This document shows, in pieces, positions 46,446 to 57,332 of a DNA stretch of 64,000 nucleotides. The first letter of the stretch is position 1. Each line of letters starts with the position of its first letter. This DNA is from Candidatus Latescibacterota bacterium. Lineage in GTDB: Bacteria; Latescibacterota; UBA2968; GCA-2709665. The notes under the pieces were generated by a model. That model saw only the letters and a list, made by a program, of their open reading frames with translations. It ran no database searches and had not been told where the DNA came from. The stretch covers positions 1,376,001 through 1,440,000 of the forward strand of contig OZ241917.1 in the NCBI GenBank assembly GCA_965203805.1, read 5' to 3'. Position numbers and translations under genes: made by a program.

Positions 46446-49400
46446 TTGAGCGTTGAAACCCCGATTCGTGAAGGACAGACCCTGACAGGACCACAGTTTG
46501 ATGAACCGATGCATGTGGAAACGATCCGCACCAACGGCGTTGGCGTCTGGATTGCCGGGCTCGTCGGTCAGCGAACAGAAAGGTTCCGAAGGGTCACGTT
46601 AACGTCCGATGATATCGCCAATCTGACCATCGCCGACTCCTCGCTCTCGTACGAAGGTGACGGCAGACTACTGCGCATCGGTCTGCAGGCATACTCACTC
46701 GGCATTGCCTACGAGTTCGACCCCTATTTCGGACTATCTATCTCGCGTGTTGATCCACTTCCCCACCAACTCGAAGCCGTCTACGAACACCTTCTCAAGC
46801 TGCCAACGGTACGCTTCCTTCTCGCCGACGACGCGGGAGCGGGCAAAACCATCATGGCGGGACTGTTGATCCGGGAACTCAAACTCCGTGGACTGATCGA
46901 ACGCATTCTCGTGGTGTGCCCCGCAAATCTCGCATTTCAATGGCAACGCGAATTGAACGAAAAATTCGACGAGAAATTCTTTGTACTCAAAGGCGGCGAC
47001 CTACGTGACCAATTCGGCGTCAATCAATGGCTGGAACAAAACCAGATCATTACGTCGCTCGACCTCGCCAAACGCAGCGAAATCCTTCCTGGATTGGAGC
47101 AGGTTCGGTGGGACCTGGTAATTGTCGACGAAGCGCACCGCATGTCCGCGCGTGATGAGACTCACAAGAGCCAGCGGTACCGCCTTGGGGAAATGCTGCG
47201 GGACAGTGCAGACCACGTGTTGTTACTGACCGCCACGCCACATAAGGGAGATCCACAGAACTTTACCCTGTTCTTGCAGCTACTCGATCGCGACGCATAC
47301 GCCGATGTCAGTTCCATCCGCGAGGCAATGAATCAAAGGCGCGCGCCGTTCTACCTGCGCCGTACCAAAGAAGCCATGGTCTACTTTCCCGAGCGTCAGG
47401 AAAATGGCACGTGGACCGCAAAACCTGTGTTCACCAGACGAATCCCACGCACCGCGGATTTCGCAATCGATGGTCCCGAGTTTGAACTTATCGGACAATT
47501 ACCCGATTCGTTAAACGACAATGCACTCGAGCCGCAGCCCACGGCGACGACCCGCGGGCGCGCGCAGTCGGATTCTTAATGGCCTTGTACCAGCGCCGAC
47601 TCGCCTCAAGCACGTACGCTGTACGGCGATCCCTTGAGAATCGGGCGACACGCCTGGAGAAGGGCCTCAAGGAAGCACAGGTCCTGGTACAGAAAGCGCC
47701 ACCCAACATCCCCGATCCGGAAGACCTTGAGGAACTGGAGGACGCTGAACGCGAGCGACTTGAACGAATTCTCGAGGCAATAACATTGGCCGGAAACGCT
47801 GAGCAGGTACGCGAAGAAATTGCGGAACTCAGGAAGCTTGCGGAAGAAGCAAAGGAGGTCGAAGGCTCCAATGATGAAGCAAAATTAAACACGCTACAGA
47901 AGATCATGCAGGAACAAGGGTTTTTCGAACAGCGGGACCAGCGACTGCTGATTTTTACCGAGTTCAAGGACACACTCGACTATCTGATGCAACGCTTAAA
48001 GGACTGGGGCTTCAGCGTCGGCTGCATCCATGGCGGGATGAAACCAGGTTCTCGAGACGAACCCGGAAGCCGGCTCCATACCGAACAACAGTTCCGCGAA
48101 GGCAACATTCAGGTTCTCGTCGCCACTGAAGCTGCCGGAGAAGGGATCAACCTGCAGTGTTGCCACATCCTGTTTAACTACGATATCCCATGGAACCCAA
48201 ACCGACTCGAACAGCGCATGGGCCGCATCCACCGATACGGTCAACGGCGAGACTGCCTGATCTTCAACTTCGTCGCCACCAACACAATTGAAGGGCGGGT
48301 GTTACAACGACTCTTGGAGAAGCTGCAGGAGATCCGCGAAGCCCTTGATGACGACGCGGTATTCAACGTTGTGGGCGAAGTGTTGCCGTCCTCTCGGGTC
48401 GAGCGGGTACTGCGGGAATTTTACGCCGGCAAACTCGGCGAGGAAGACTTTGAAGACCGGCTCTTGAAGGACGTCGACGAAGGGAAGTTTCGGTCTATTT
48501 GCCAGACGGCGCTGGAAGGTCTGGCCTCCAGGAGGCTGAATCTGGACATGCTGATTGAGCGTCGGGCACGTGCGCAAGAGCGTCGTGTCGTTCCAGAAAC
48601 AATTGCACGCTTTATCACGGAGTGCGCCCGAGATGCGAGTCTTAACCTGAAGCCGGTAACTCGCCTAACACATACCTATGAACCTGGTCGAACGCCGACC
48701 GTATTGAAGCGGTACGAAACAGATTCGGACTGGAAACTGCCCGAATTGGCGGTCCGGTATCCTCGGTTGTCCACCGACCGTGACGCGGCCGAAGAACACA
48801 ACCTTGAGTGGGTGACTCCCGGACACCCTCTGTTTGAAGCCCTGCGCCGACACAGTCTGGACCTCAGTCAGGCCGCTTTTGCTAACGGCGCATGCTTCCA
48901 TTCTCTCACACATGACGCCCCGGCGCGTTTCGACTTTTACCGTGCGCGGGTGGTGGACGGTCTCGGAAGAGTTATCCACGAACGGCTGTTCACCGTTGAG
49001 ATATCGAGTGAAGGCGCCCCGAGCCTAAGCGGTCCTGACGCCCTTGGTGACTTGATTCCGACAAAGAACCCGGATAAATTGCCGGAGGTGGCCTCGCTTA
49101 CGGAAGAGACAGCCTGGCTGAACGAGCACGCGCTGCTTCCCTTCATTGAGGAAGTTCGCACGGAGCGGCTGGCCGAGATGGATCGAATTGCCGAGCACGT
49201 AGAACTTTCCTTGACGGAAGTACTTCAGCGGATCGATGAAGAAATAGGCCGCGCCGCTGAAGAAGTCGAGAATGACGTGACCGGCGCCGAAGGTCGCCTG
49301 GCACAGGCCGAAGCCCGACATGGCGAGGTCCTTACGCGACGCGAGCGCAGACGTGAGGAACTTGAACAACAACGCGCGGTAACACTTCAGGCCGTCGAGC

Positions 49401-49831
49401 GGTTGGCAAGCGCACTCGTCCTCCCTCATCCCGAGAACGAGACCCTGGACGTCCGGCGGCTGCGCCCCCATCCTGAAACTGAAATGACCGCCATGCGGGT
49501 GGTTATGGAACACGAAACCGCACAGGGACGCCAAGTGTACGACGTCCATAAGAAAAACCTCGGTTACGACGTCACTAGCCTTGATCTGCGATCAGGCGAA
49601 TTGCGACTGATCGAAGTAAAGGGATTGGCTCGCGACTCAGGTAGCATCCTCCTCACACCGAACGAACGCCGCGTCGCCGAAGATCGTCCTGATTGCTTTT
49701 GGCTCTACGTCGTCACCAACTGCGCGAACGAGCCAGAACTTCAAGAACCGATCAAAGATCCCGCGCGGTATCCGTGGCAGAAAGTGACCAAAGTGGCACA
49801 CTACTATTTAAGCGTGAATGCTCTCAAATAG
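46446..49831 (+). pseudogene. SNF2-family helicase with C-terminal DUF3883 (PD-(D/E)xK-like) domain, split by a 1-nt frameshift near 47488 (pseudogene, split gene or assembly error)
   Basis: ORF 46446-47579 has LLADDAGAGKT, DEAH, TATP; ORF 47579-49831 has LIFTEF, GEGINLQ, WNPNRLEQRMGRIHRYGQ, GYDV...IEVKG. Adding one T at GAACTT^ATCGG gives an open in-frame join, EFELYRTITRFVKRQ...AVGFLMALYQRR. Confidence 0.85.
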
Positions 49832-49889
49832 CCGATTGAATTCACAGAAGCGATCTTGTCGCGTCTCGATATGAGAAAGCACTGTTAGC

Positions 49890-52800
49890 GTGAACGCCCA
49901 CGATCTATACAATGCGGGCACTGTCGACGGAATTATCCCGGAAGGCGATGCCGCGCGCCAAGCAGTTGATTCTCTTCGAGGATATGCGTATCAGGTCCTG
50001 GCGGCGACGCTCGCGTGGCTCGATATCGACGAAGATTGTCAACTGTTTCTGGAAGTCGCAGAAGACTACGCGACCATTGCGAAACATACGCTTGATGCTG
50101 TTCAGGTCAAATACACGAAGGGATCGGGATCGGTCACGCTGAATAGCGAAGATATCCGCAATGCAGTTGTCACGTTTATCGATCTCTTCGAACGAAATCC
50201 TGATATTCAGGTTGAACTCCGTTATTTTACCACATCGGAAATAGGAAAAGAGCAAGCAATTGCTGACCGCCCGGCCGGGATGGCCGGGCTGAAGTATTGG
50301 TGTAAAGTCGCCTCTGGTGCGGACCTTAAGCCCCTCCGCTCAATATTAGAGAGCGAGAAGTTCCCGGAATCCGTAAGGGATTTCGCCAGGGCTCGCTGTG
50401 ACACTGCGCTTCGCCGTGATCTCATTAAGAGAATAAGATGGGATTGCGGTAAGCCGGACTTTTCGACTCTTCGCCACAGACTGGAAGAACGTCTAATTGT
50501 CGTAGGCCGCGACCGATTCAAACTTCCGGCTGCAGTAGCGCGAGGGCTTGCCGATCTTCTGCTCTATCAGGTACTTAAAAAAAGCATCGCGGAGACATCC
50601 CAAGATCGCGTTCTCACGCGCGGAGCCCTTTACTCCGAGATCGATGCCGCCACCCAGATCTCAGTGTCGCAGTGGTCTTTTGACGCTCTTGTGAGATCTG
50701 CCACGCGCAGCATGGCGGGAATGCTTAAAGGAGACTCGGGCCTAAGCAATCCAATTTCCATTTCAGATACAGAATGGCTTATAGACGGTACCACGCTTCC
50801 CGCGCCCCAAGGCATGGTACCACGCGCTGCGCTCGAGTCCGCCGTGGCCGATGCCCTCAGAAATTTCGGCGCGGGCGTGATTGTGGGTAGCAGCGGGCTT
50901 GGGAAGTCGAACCTGTCAAGGGCTGCCGCAGTCGCGCATCCCGGCACCTTCCATATGGTGGGATTTAGAGACATAGGAGCGAACGAAACAAGCCGAATTC
51001 TCGAAATGGTTCTTGCCCGATTCGGGGGGCTGCAGTCGTCAGTTCTGATCCTGGACGACCTTAACCAAATCGACGACACATATGTTAAATTGTCGCTGGC
51101 GCGTGTCATTGAAGGTTCGCGACGGAACAACCGCGTCGTGCTCGTAACATGTGACCGGCGCCCTTCTTCGACTACGTTGGCCAAAATTGGCCTCAATCAA
51201 GGTTGCGTCGTCGAATGTCCGTACTTTTCCGAGAAGGAGGTTTGTTCGCTCGTCATAAAAAATGGAGGTGATCCGAAAAGATGGGGCAAACTCGCCTATA
51301 TCGCCGGAGCCGCCGGCCATCCGCAACTTACTCACGCTTTCGTAATTGGAATGGCGACGAGAAGATGGCCAGCTAGTGAGTTTAGAGACCTCATTAATCG
51401 TGGCATGTCTACCGAAGAGATCGATGCCACTCGCCTCGAAGTTCGACGGAGTTTGGTTTCTCGGCTTCCTGAGGAAACACGGAACCTTCTGTATCGGCTT
51501 AGCCTTACGATCGGACGCTTCAATCGGTCTACGGCGTTGGCCATAGGTGAGATACGCCCACAACTGTCCCGAGCTGGGGAATCTATCGACCAGCTCGTCG
51601 GACCGTGGATAGAACCCGTCGGACAAGATTTATTCCGCGTTTCCCCGCTTGCAAGTAGCATTGGGCGTGAGATGTTGTCTCCTGACGTCCAACAACGCAT
51701 CCATGAAATCCTCGCAGTCCAGATGCTCAGAAAACGCACGATCGATGCACGCGACGCCGACACAATATTGGCACATGCGATATTAGGCAAGTCACCGCAA
51801 AGCTTATTTTCGATCGCTCAAGGTGTGCTGTCGGCTGATCCTCTCAACGTCGAGATGCTTTCGGAACAGTTCTTACTCTTGCGCTTCGCCCGAGCCGACG
51901 TGCCAATCTTGGCGGATGATCCCTTTGTCTCTGGAATTGTTCGGCTCGCGCAATTCAAGCTTGCGGCGGCTACCGGTAAATCAGCCGAGATCGCAGAAAT
52001 CGCGACAACGTTTTACAACGAAATTCGGTGCATGCCAGCTGGCGAACTGAAGTCCGCCCTTGAAGCAATGGGGGTCTTCGTCGTGCTCGGTACGATGGGA
52101 GTCGCGAACCATATTGACAACTGGGTCACCCTATTACTTGAATTTAAGACTTCAGGAATAAACAATGCTTTTTTTCAGGACAGGATTGCCGGTGCCATGT
52201 CCGATCTGGATGGATTGAATTACGTTGACGCGCTTTTTGACCTCGGAAGTGCTGGTCTCACTTCAATAGGTAAACTTGAACAAATCATCAACGAACTCGA
52301 CAAACTGAATGAGAGCGACCGAGCGCTGTTGTTGACGCAGACAGACGAAACGTCCTCCGATTATTCAGTGTTAATCAACGGCACTTGGGCTGCACAGACA
52401 AACCGCGCGGATTTTGACGCGTGCGACGCCGCAGTTCGTTACCAGCGGATGGCGAAAATGACGCGGAGTTGGGGTATCCGCACGTTCTCACTCCAATGTT
52501 CGGTTGCCCAAGCGGTGATCCTTGACGAGCATGAGAACAAGAAAGATCGTGCTGTGGAAGTTCTCAACGAGACAGCTACGGCCCTGGGCGACGACCCAAT
52601 CCTTCGTAGCGCTTTAGCGAATATTCACTCGCGCCATCATGAAAATCAGGCCGCCTTCGAAATCTATCGTAGTTTGGCGGATCATGTTGGCGGAACCGAT
52701 CCAGCTGAGCGTGCGTTCTTGCTGCGTAAGGCGGCTATGAGCGCTGCAAAATGCGACGAATGGTCGCTAGCGGCAACCTGGTTTCTTGACGCGCAGAGTG

Positions 52801-53999
52801 CTGCTGAATTAGCCGAAGGCGATACAATGGACGCGTTCGCGATCGGCTTGGGGGCCGACTCGGCGGTGGCCGCTCTTAAGGCTGGAAATGTAGTCCAGGC
52901 GTTTAAGCGCCTTGCGGACTCGTTACAGGCCTTAGCTGACGTTGACCCAGAAGCGACATTGCAAGCGACATACTGCCACCTTGTTATTCGCCAAACCGTA
53001 CTTTGGGCACAATTCCAAATCGAGGGAAGCAAAGCCCTGATTGGCGGAGAGCGTATAGGAATGGAGCCGGGTTCCTGCAGCAATCCAAGTCCCTCGCCCG
53101 CAATCCGGGAACAGCCACTTGCACATATTGATGTCGCCTGGTATATGTTGGCTAAGGCGGAGGCCACCGCCGACATCGACGCAGGAATCTCAGCGACGCT
53201 TGTCGATCGCTTGGCGCAGGGTCCCATCCCAGCAATGGAAGTAGACCTGCGGACGAAAGCAATACAAGCGCACATCAATAGGCTCGATGCCAAGAGGTTT
53301 ACGGCTCATTTCATGCCCTACGTTGAATCGGCCGTATACTTGTCAAAGGAAACCCGTCGATTTCGGCCGACGTTCGATCCGTTGGCGCCGGAAAGAGGAC
53401 TGATACCCGCGCTGGACGAAAATCAGCCGTTTGACTCTGCGGCTGAAGAGGCGGCTAATGATGCCATCATTGCCTATGGCATCATTTCTTCAATGAAAGA
53501 ACAACCTGACGCCATGAAGGAGCTTGAAAACGCCTTAGAATGCCGATTCACCGGCCAGTTTCCCGGTAAACAGTTATTCGCATATTGGCACAAGAAGACT
53601 GGGGCTCTTTCGCAACTTGATCAAACTGTGGTAACGATCGCGAAAACGCATCTTCGTAACGAGCACGTGGAACCCTATTTTTTTTGGATGACCGGGCTAC
53701 GTTTCTTTGAGAGGATCAACCAATCTATGTTCAAGGATCTCCTTACACCCCGGCTCGCCGCCTGGCAGAGGGCTGGTTGGAAGCGAATAATAGCTGTAGA
53801 GTCGTTTCGCCTTACAAGACCTAGACATACTGTGCCCCCTATTGAGAAAATTCTGGCGATACCGGTCGATGATCGGCGCTTTGTCGCAAGGCTTCTTCTT
53901 GCAACCTCCGAGGCCGTCGACTCTCCCTCTCCCCTGGGGTCGGCGTACCGTCGTAGCCTTAAGGCTATGGCAAGGAATGAAGAATCGCACAAGGAATGA
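49890..53999 (+). CDS. large putative defence protein: Cap4/DUF4297-like nuclease + P-loop (STAND-like) NTPase + helical-repeat C-terminus (Avs-like)
   Basis: N-terminal RGYAYQ...LEVAEDY...AVQVK; Walker A GSSGLGKS; Walker B VLILDD; AGHPQL (GxP-like); long Ala/Leu-rich helical C-terminus; 1369 aa. Confidence 0.68.
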   Translation: MNAHDLYNAGTVDGIIPEGDAARQAVDSLRGYAYQVLAATLAWLDIDEDCQLFLEVAEDYATIAKHTLDAVQVKYTKGSGSVTLNSEDIRNAVVTFIDLFERNPDIQVELRYFTTSEIGKEQAIADRPAGMAGLKYWCKVASGADLKPLRSILESEKFPESVRDFARARCDTALRRDLIKRIRWDCGKPDFSTLRHRLEERLIVVGRDRFKLPAAVARGLADLLLYQVLKKSIAETSQDRVLTRGALYSEIDAATQISVSQWSFDALVRSATRSMAGMLKGDSGLSNPISISDTEWLIDGTTLPAPQGMVPRAALESAVADALRNFGAGVIVGSSGLGKSNLSRAAAVAHPGTFHMVGFRDIGANETSRILEMVLARFGGLQSSVLILDDLNQIDDTYVKLSLARVIEGSRRNNRVVLVTCDRRPSSTTLAKIGLNQGCVVECPYFSEKEVCSLVIKNGGDPKRWGKLAYIAGAAGHPQLTHAFVIGMATRRWPASEFRDLINRGMSTEEIDATRLEVRRSLVSRLPEETRNLLYRLSLTIGRFNRSTALAIGEIRPQLSRAGESIDQLVGPWIEPVGQDLFRVSPLASSIGREMLSPDVQQRIHEILAVQMLRKRTIDARDADTILAHAILGKSPQSLFSIAQGVLSADPLNVEMLSEQFLLLRFARADVPILADDPFVSGIVRLAQFKLAAATGKSAEIAEIATTFYNEIRCMPAGELKSALEAMGVFVVLGTMGVANHIDNWVTLLLEFKTSGINNAFFQDRIAGAMSDLDGLNYVDALFDLGSAGLTSIGKLEQIINELDKLNESDRALLLTQTDETSSDYSVLINGTWAAQTNRADFDACDAAVRYQRMAKMTRSWGIRTFSLQCSVAQAVILDEHENKKDRAVEVLNETATALGDDPILRSALANIHSRHHENQAAFEIYRSLADHVGGTDPAERAFLLRKAAMSAAKCDEWSLAATWFLDAQSAAELAEGDTMDAFAIGLGADSAVAALKAGNVVQAFKRLADSLQALADVDPEATLQATYCHLVIRQTVLWAQFQIEGSKALIGGERIGMEPGSCSNPSPSPAIREQPLAHIDVAWYMLAKAEATADIDAGISATLVDRLAQGPIPAMEVDLRTKAIQAHINRLDAKRFTAHFMPYVESAVYLSKETRRFRPTFDPLAPERGLIPALDENQPFDSAAEEAANDAIIAYGIISSMKEQPDAMKELENALECRFTGQFPGKQLFAYWHKKTGALSQLDQTVVTIAKTHLRNEHVEPYFFWMTGLRFFERINQSMFKDLLTPRLAAWQRAGWKRIIAVESFRLTRPRHTVPPIEKILAIPVDDRRFVARLLLATSEAVDSPSPLGSAYRRSLKAMARNEESHKE

Positions 54000-54150
54000 G
54001 CTAAGTTGGCCGTACGCGATATTCTTTCCGTCCCGGAGCAATGGCAAATCGACAGCCATCGATTCGGGATCGGTCGATCAGATTATCTGTGTATCAGGTT
54101 GCGGTAGATTTCTTTGAAACCATCCTTCTCTGTGTGGAGGAACGCGAACC

Positions 54151-57120
54151 TTGATCCCTAGCGAATGTAAACGCCTCGCTGAGGTCGACTTCCCGATCGA
54201 GGAGGTTTCGCGACACGCGGCAAAAGAGAAGTCCATTCGACATGGCCACCCCTCGACCCTTCACTTGTGGTGGGCGCGACGACCGTTGGCCTCGTCAAGG
54301 GCCGTTTTGATGGCGTTGCTTTTGCCGGACCCTTGTGATGAATACTGTCCCGAGGAGTTTAAGAAAAAAGCTCGTGAGAGCCTTCTTTGTCTTAATGGAC
54401 GACCACAAGGTTGGACGACTGCCATCCGATCAGATGAAGGATTGAGCCGCATCATTTTAAAGTTCATCGCCGACTTTGCCGATTGGAAGAACGCGGCGAA
54501 TAGCGATTACTTGAAGACAGGCAGGGCGCTGGTGAAGGCGGCACACGGCGAGGAGCCACCGCTGGTGGTTGACCCTTTTGCAGGCGGGGGCTCAATTCCG
54601 TTGGAGGCGTTGCGGCTGGGTTGCGAGGCGTTCGCGAGCGATCTGAATCCGGTGGCGTGCCTGATCCTCAAAGTGATGCTGGAGGACATCCCACGCCACG
54701 GACGGGGGCTAGCTGACGAGTTGCGTCGCGTCGGCAGAGATATAAAGCACGATGCTGAACTCGAGTTCGCGGATCTGTACCCCAGAGACCCAGATGGTGC
54801 AACGCCGATTGCCTATTTGTGGGCGCGCACGGTGCGTTGCGAAGCGCCCAAATGCGGCGCAGAGATTCCGCTGATGCGTTCGTTCTGGCTGTGCAAGAAG
54901 GCCAAGCGCAAACGGGCATTGCGGCATCGAGTGGAACGGAGCGAAGTTGGGCCGGCGCGCGTCGAATTCGAGATCTTTGAACCGGACTCGGACGACGAAG
55001 TCCGAAGCGGGACAGTGACCCGCGCCAAAGCCACCTGCCTTTGCTGCGGTGCGGTGCTGCCGCCGGAGCGAGTGCGGGCGCAACTTGCGGCTGAGCGGGG
55101 CGGGGCGGATGTGATTTTTGACGCAGAGGGACGACGGACAGGTGGGGCGCGGATGACGGCAGTGGTGACGATCAAGTCTGGGGAGGCCGGGCGGCACTAT
55201 CGGCTGCCGACAAACGCGGATTACGCGGCGGCGCGAAGGGCTCATGAGCGTGTATCGCAGTATTTGATCGAATGGGAGAAGGAAGGGAAGCACGGACCTC
55301 GTCCGGTGCCGGATGAGCCGACACCTGCTGGAGGCGGATCGGGTGCGGGTCGTGCATTCAGCTTGCAACGCTACGGTATGATGCAGTGGGGCGACTTGTT
55401 TACGGCGCGGCAGAAGGCTGCTTTGGTGGGGTTAGGGACGCTACTCTCCACTGAATGCTCAAGAAACTATGAATTGGCCAAATCATTACTCGTGGGTCGG
55501 ATGGCGGACTTCCTTGTTTCCTTAGCACGATGGAAACCAGATGCAGAGTGCCCTGTTCAGGCTCTTGCTCGACAAGCGGTGCCAATGGTTTGGGATTTTG
55601 TTGAAGCTAACCCGTGGAGTGGTGCCACGGGTTCAATTGAAAGCCAAGCCAAACGAATGGCAGATTCTGTTGAATCGGTATGTATTCCGTTCGAGGATAC
55701 TGGACAAATTGAGCACATAGACGCTACCGCCCACCCACTCCCTGACCAGACCGCAGGAGTCTGGTTTACCGACCCACCCTATTACGACGCCATACCCTAT
55801 TCCGATCTCTCCGACTTTTTTTTCGTATGGCTCAAGCGGACGCTGCCAGATCACCCGTTGCTACGCGATCCGTTCGATCCACACAACCCACTCTCGCCTA
55901 AGACGGCCGAGGCCGTACAGGACGAAACCAAGCAAGCCGACGGCCTACCCAAAAACCGCGAGTGGTTTGAGGAAACAATGGCGAAAGCCTTCGCCGAGGG
56001 TCGCCGCGCGCTAAGCGAGGATGGCGTTGGCTCGGTGGTCTTCGCTCACAAAACCACCGAGGGCTGGGAGGCGTTGCTCTCCGGTATGATTCGAGGAGGT
56101 TGGACCATCACCGGCTCTTGGCCGATTGCAACCGAAATGGCGTCGCGCCTGCGAGCCCGCGAGTCCGCCGCTCTCGCCACCAGCATCCACCTTATCTGCC
56201 GCACCCGTCCCGATGATGCCGGCATCGGCGACTGGGGTGACGTCCTACGAGAATTGCCCGTTCGCGTCGCGGAATGGATGCAGCGCTTACAGCGCGACGG
56301 CATTCGTGGTGCTGATCTGGTGTTCGCCTGCATCGGTCCTGCGTTGGAGATATTCAGCCGCTTTCGTAAAGTTGAGACCGCCGAGGGTAAGACAGTCGCC
56401 CTGGCCGAGTACCTCGAGCGGGTATGGGAAGTGGTCGGTCGTGCCGCGTTGCAACAGGTACTCGGGGCTGCCCAGGCCGGCGCGCTCGAAGAGGACGCAC
56501 GCCTGACAGCGCTCTTTCTTTGGACTTTACAGACCACTGAAGTGCGTTCAGACGACGGGAAACCGGAGCAGCCAGAGGAGGAAGGGGCCATTACAGCTAC
56601 CGCAAAGGGCTTAAGCCTACCCTTTGACGTCGTGAGGCGATTTGCCCAGCCCATGGGCATCAACCTCGATACCTGGACTGACCGCATTATCGGCCAGGAA
56701 AAAGGCGTTGTACGCCTGCTGCCGGTGTCAGAGCGCGCAGGAAGTCTCTTTGGTGCGGAAGGGACAACTATGGTCGCTGAACGTATCGAACGCGATCCAC
56801 ATTGGGATGTTCAACAGAAACTCTTTGCGAATTTGGACGGGCCTGCGCCATCACTCGTTCGCGAACCTAGGATAGGATACGGCGAATCGGCTGACGACGA
56901 ATCCGATCGGGCGCCTGGCGACACCACGCTCGACCGCGTACACGCCGCGATGCTATTTCAGTCGAGCGGACACGCCAACGCATTGAGGGAATTGATTGGC
57001 GCAGAACAGGATCGCGGCCCAGACTTCCTTCGACTTGCGAATGCGTTGTCGGCGCTGTATCCAAGAGGCAGCAACGAGAAACGCCTGCTGGACGCTATGC
57101 TGCTGGCAGTTCCAAGGTAG
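54151..57120 (+). CDS. DUF1156-domain amino-DNA methyltransferase with zinc ribbon
   Basis: RLAEVDFP, EKSIRHGHPSTLHLWWARRPL, DPFAGGGSIPLEA (SAM binding), DLNPVA, YLWARTVRCEAPKCG, TCLCCG, FTDPPYYD; GGAGG RBS before TTG. Confidence 0.92.
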   Translation: MIPSECKRLAEVDFPIEEVSRHAAKEKSIRHGHPSTLHLWWARRPLASSRAVLMALLLPDPCDEYCPEEFKKKARESLLCLNGRPQGWTTAIRSDEGLSRIILKFIADFADWKNAANSDYLKTGRALVKAAHGEEPPLVVDPFAGGGSIPLEALRLGCEAFASDLNPVACLILKVMLEDIPRHGRGLADELRRVGRDIKHDAELEFADLYPRDPDGATPIAYLWARTVRCEAPKCGAEIPLMRSFWLCKKAKRKRALRHRVERSEVGPARVEFEIFEPDSDDEVRSGTVTRAKATCLCCGAVLPPERVRAQLAAERGGADVIFDAEGRRTGGARMTAVVTIKSGEAGRHYRLPTNADYAAARRAHERVSQYLIEWEKEGKHGPRPVPDEPTPAGGGSGAGRAFSLQRYGMMQWGDLFTARQKAALVGLGTLLSTECSRNYELAKSLLVGRMADFLVSLARWKPDAECPVQALARQAVPMVWDFVEANPWSGATGSIESQAKRMADSVESVCIPFEDTGQIEHIDATAHPLPDQTAGVWFTDPPYYDAIPYSDLSDFFFVWLKRTLPDHPLLRDPFDPHNPLSPKTAEAVQDETKQADGLPKNREWFEETMAKAFAEGRRALSEDGVGSVVFAHKTTEGWEALLSGMIRGGWTITGSWPIATEMASRLRARESAALATSIHLICRTRPDDAGIGDWGDVLRELPVRVAEWMQRLQRDGIRGADLVFACIGPALEIFSRFRKVETAEGKTVALAEYLERVWEVVGRAALQQVLGAAQAGALEEDARLTALFLWTLQTTEVRSDDGKPEQPEEEGAITATAKGLSLPFDVVRRFAQPMGINLDTWTDRIIGQEKGVVRLLPVSERAGSLFGAEGTTMVAERIERDPHWDVQQKLFANLDGPAPSLVREPRIGYGESADDESDRAPGDTTLDRVHAAMLFQSSGHANALRELIGAEQDRGPDFLRLANALSALYPRGSNEKRLLDAMLLAVPR

Positions 57121-57332
57121 TGGACAAAATCCCACTGTCGGACGTAATACAACCGAAGCCCCGCGAACACCAGCGGTCACTCTGACTGATTGACCTGAAC
57201 GAAACGGGTCGACAGTAGCGCCTGCGCCGTCACCCCGCACGCGTTCATCGACAAAGATGCGCTGAACGTTCTCCCATTTCCTGAACCGTAAAACGACCTT
57301 ACGCGAAAAGTATCGGCTTCACCGAGGCAATC

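Noticed and set aside
46177-46514. short minus-strand ORFs between the triplet and the helicase
   Set aside because: No motifs; they overlap the predicted promoter and the helicase start.
47481-47495. programmed -1 ribosomal frameshift
   Set aside because: No canonical slippery heptamer or obvious downstream stimulatory structure; an indel is the simpler explanation.
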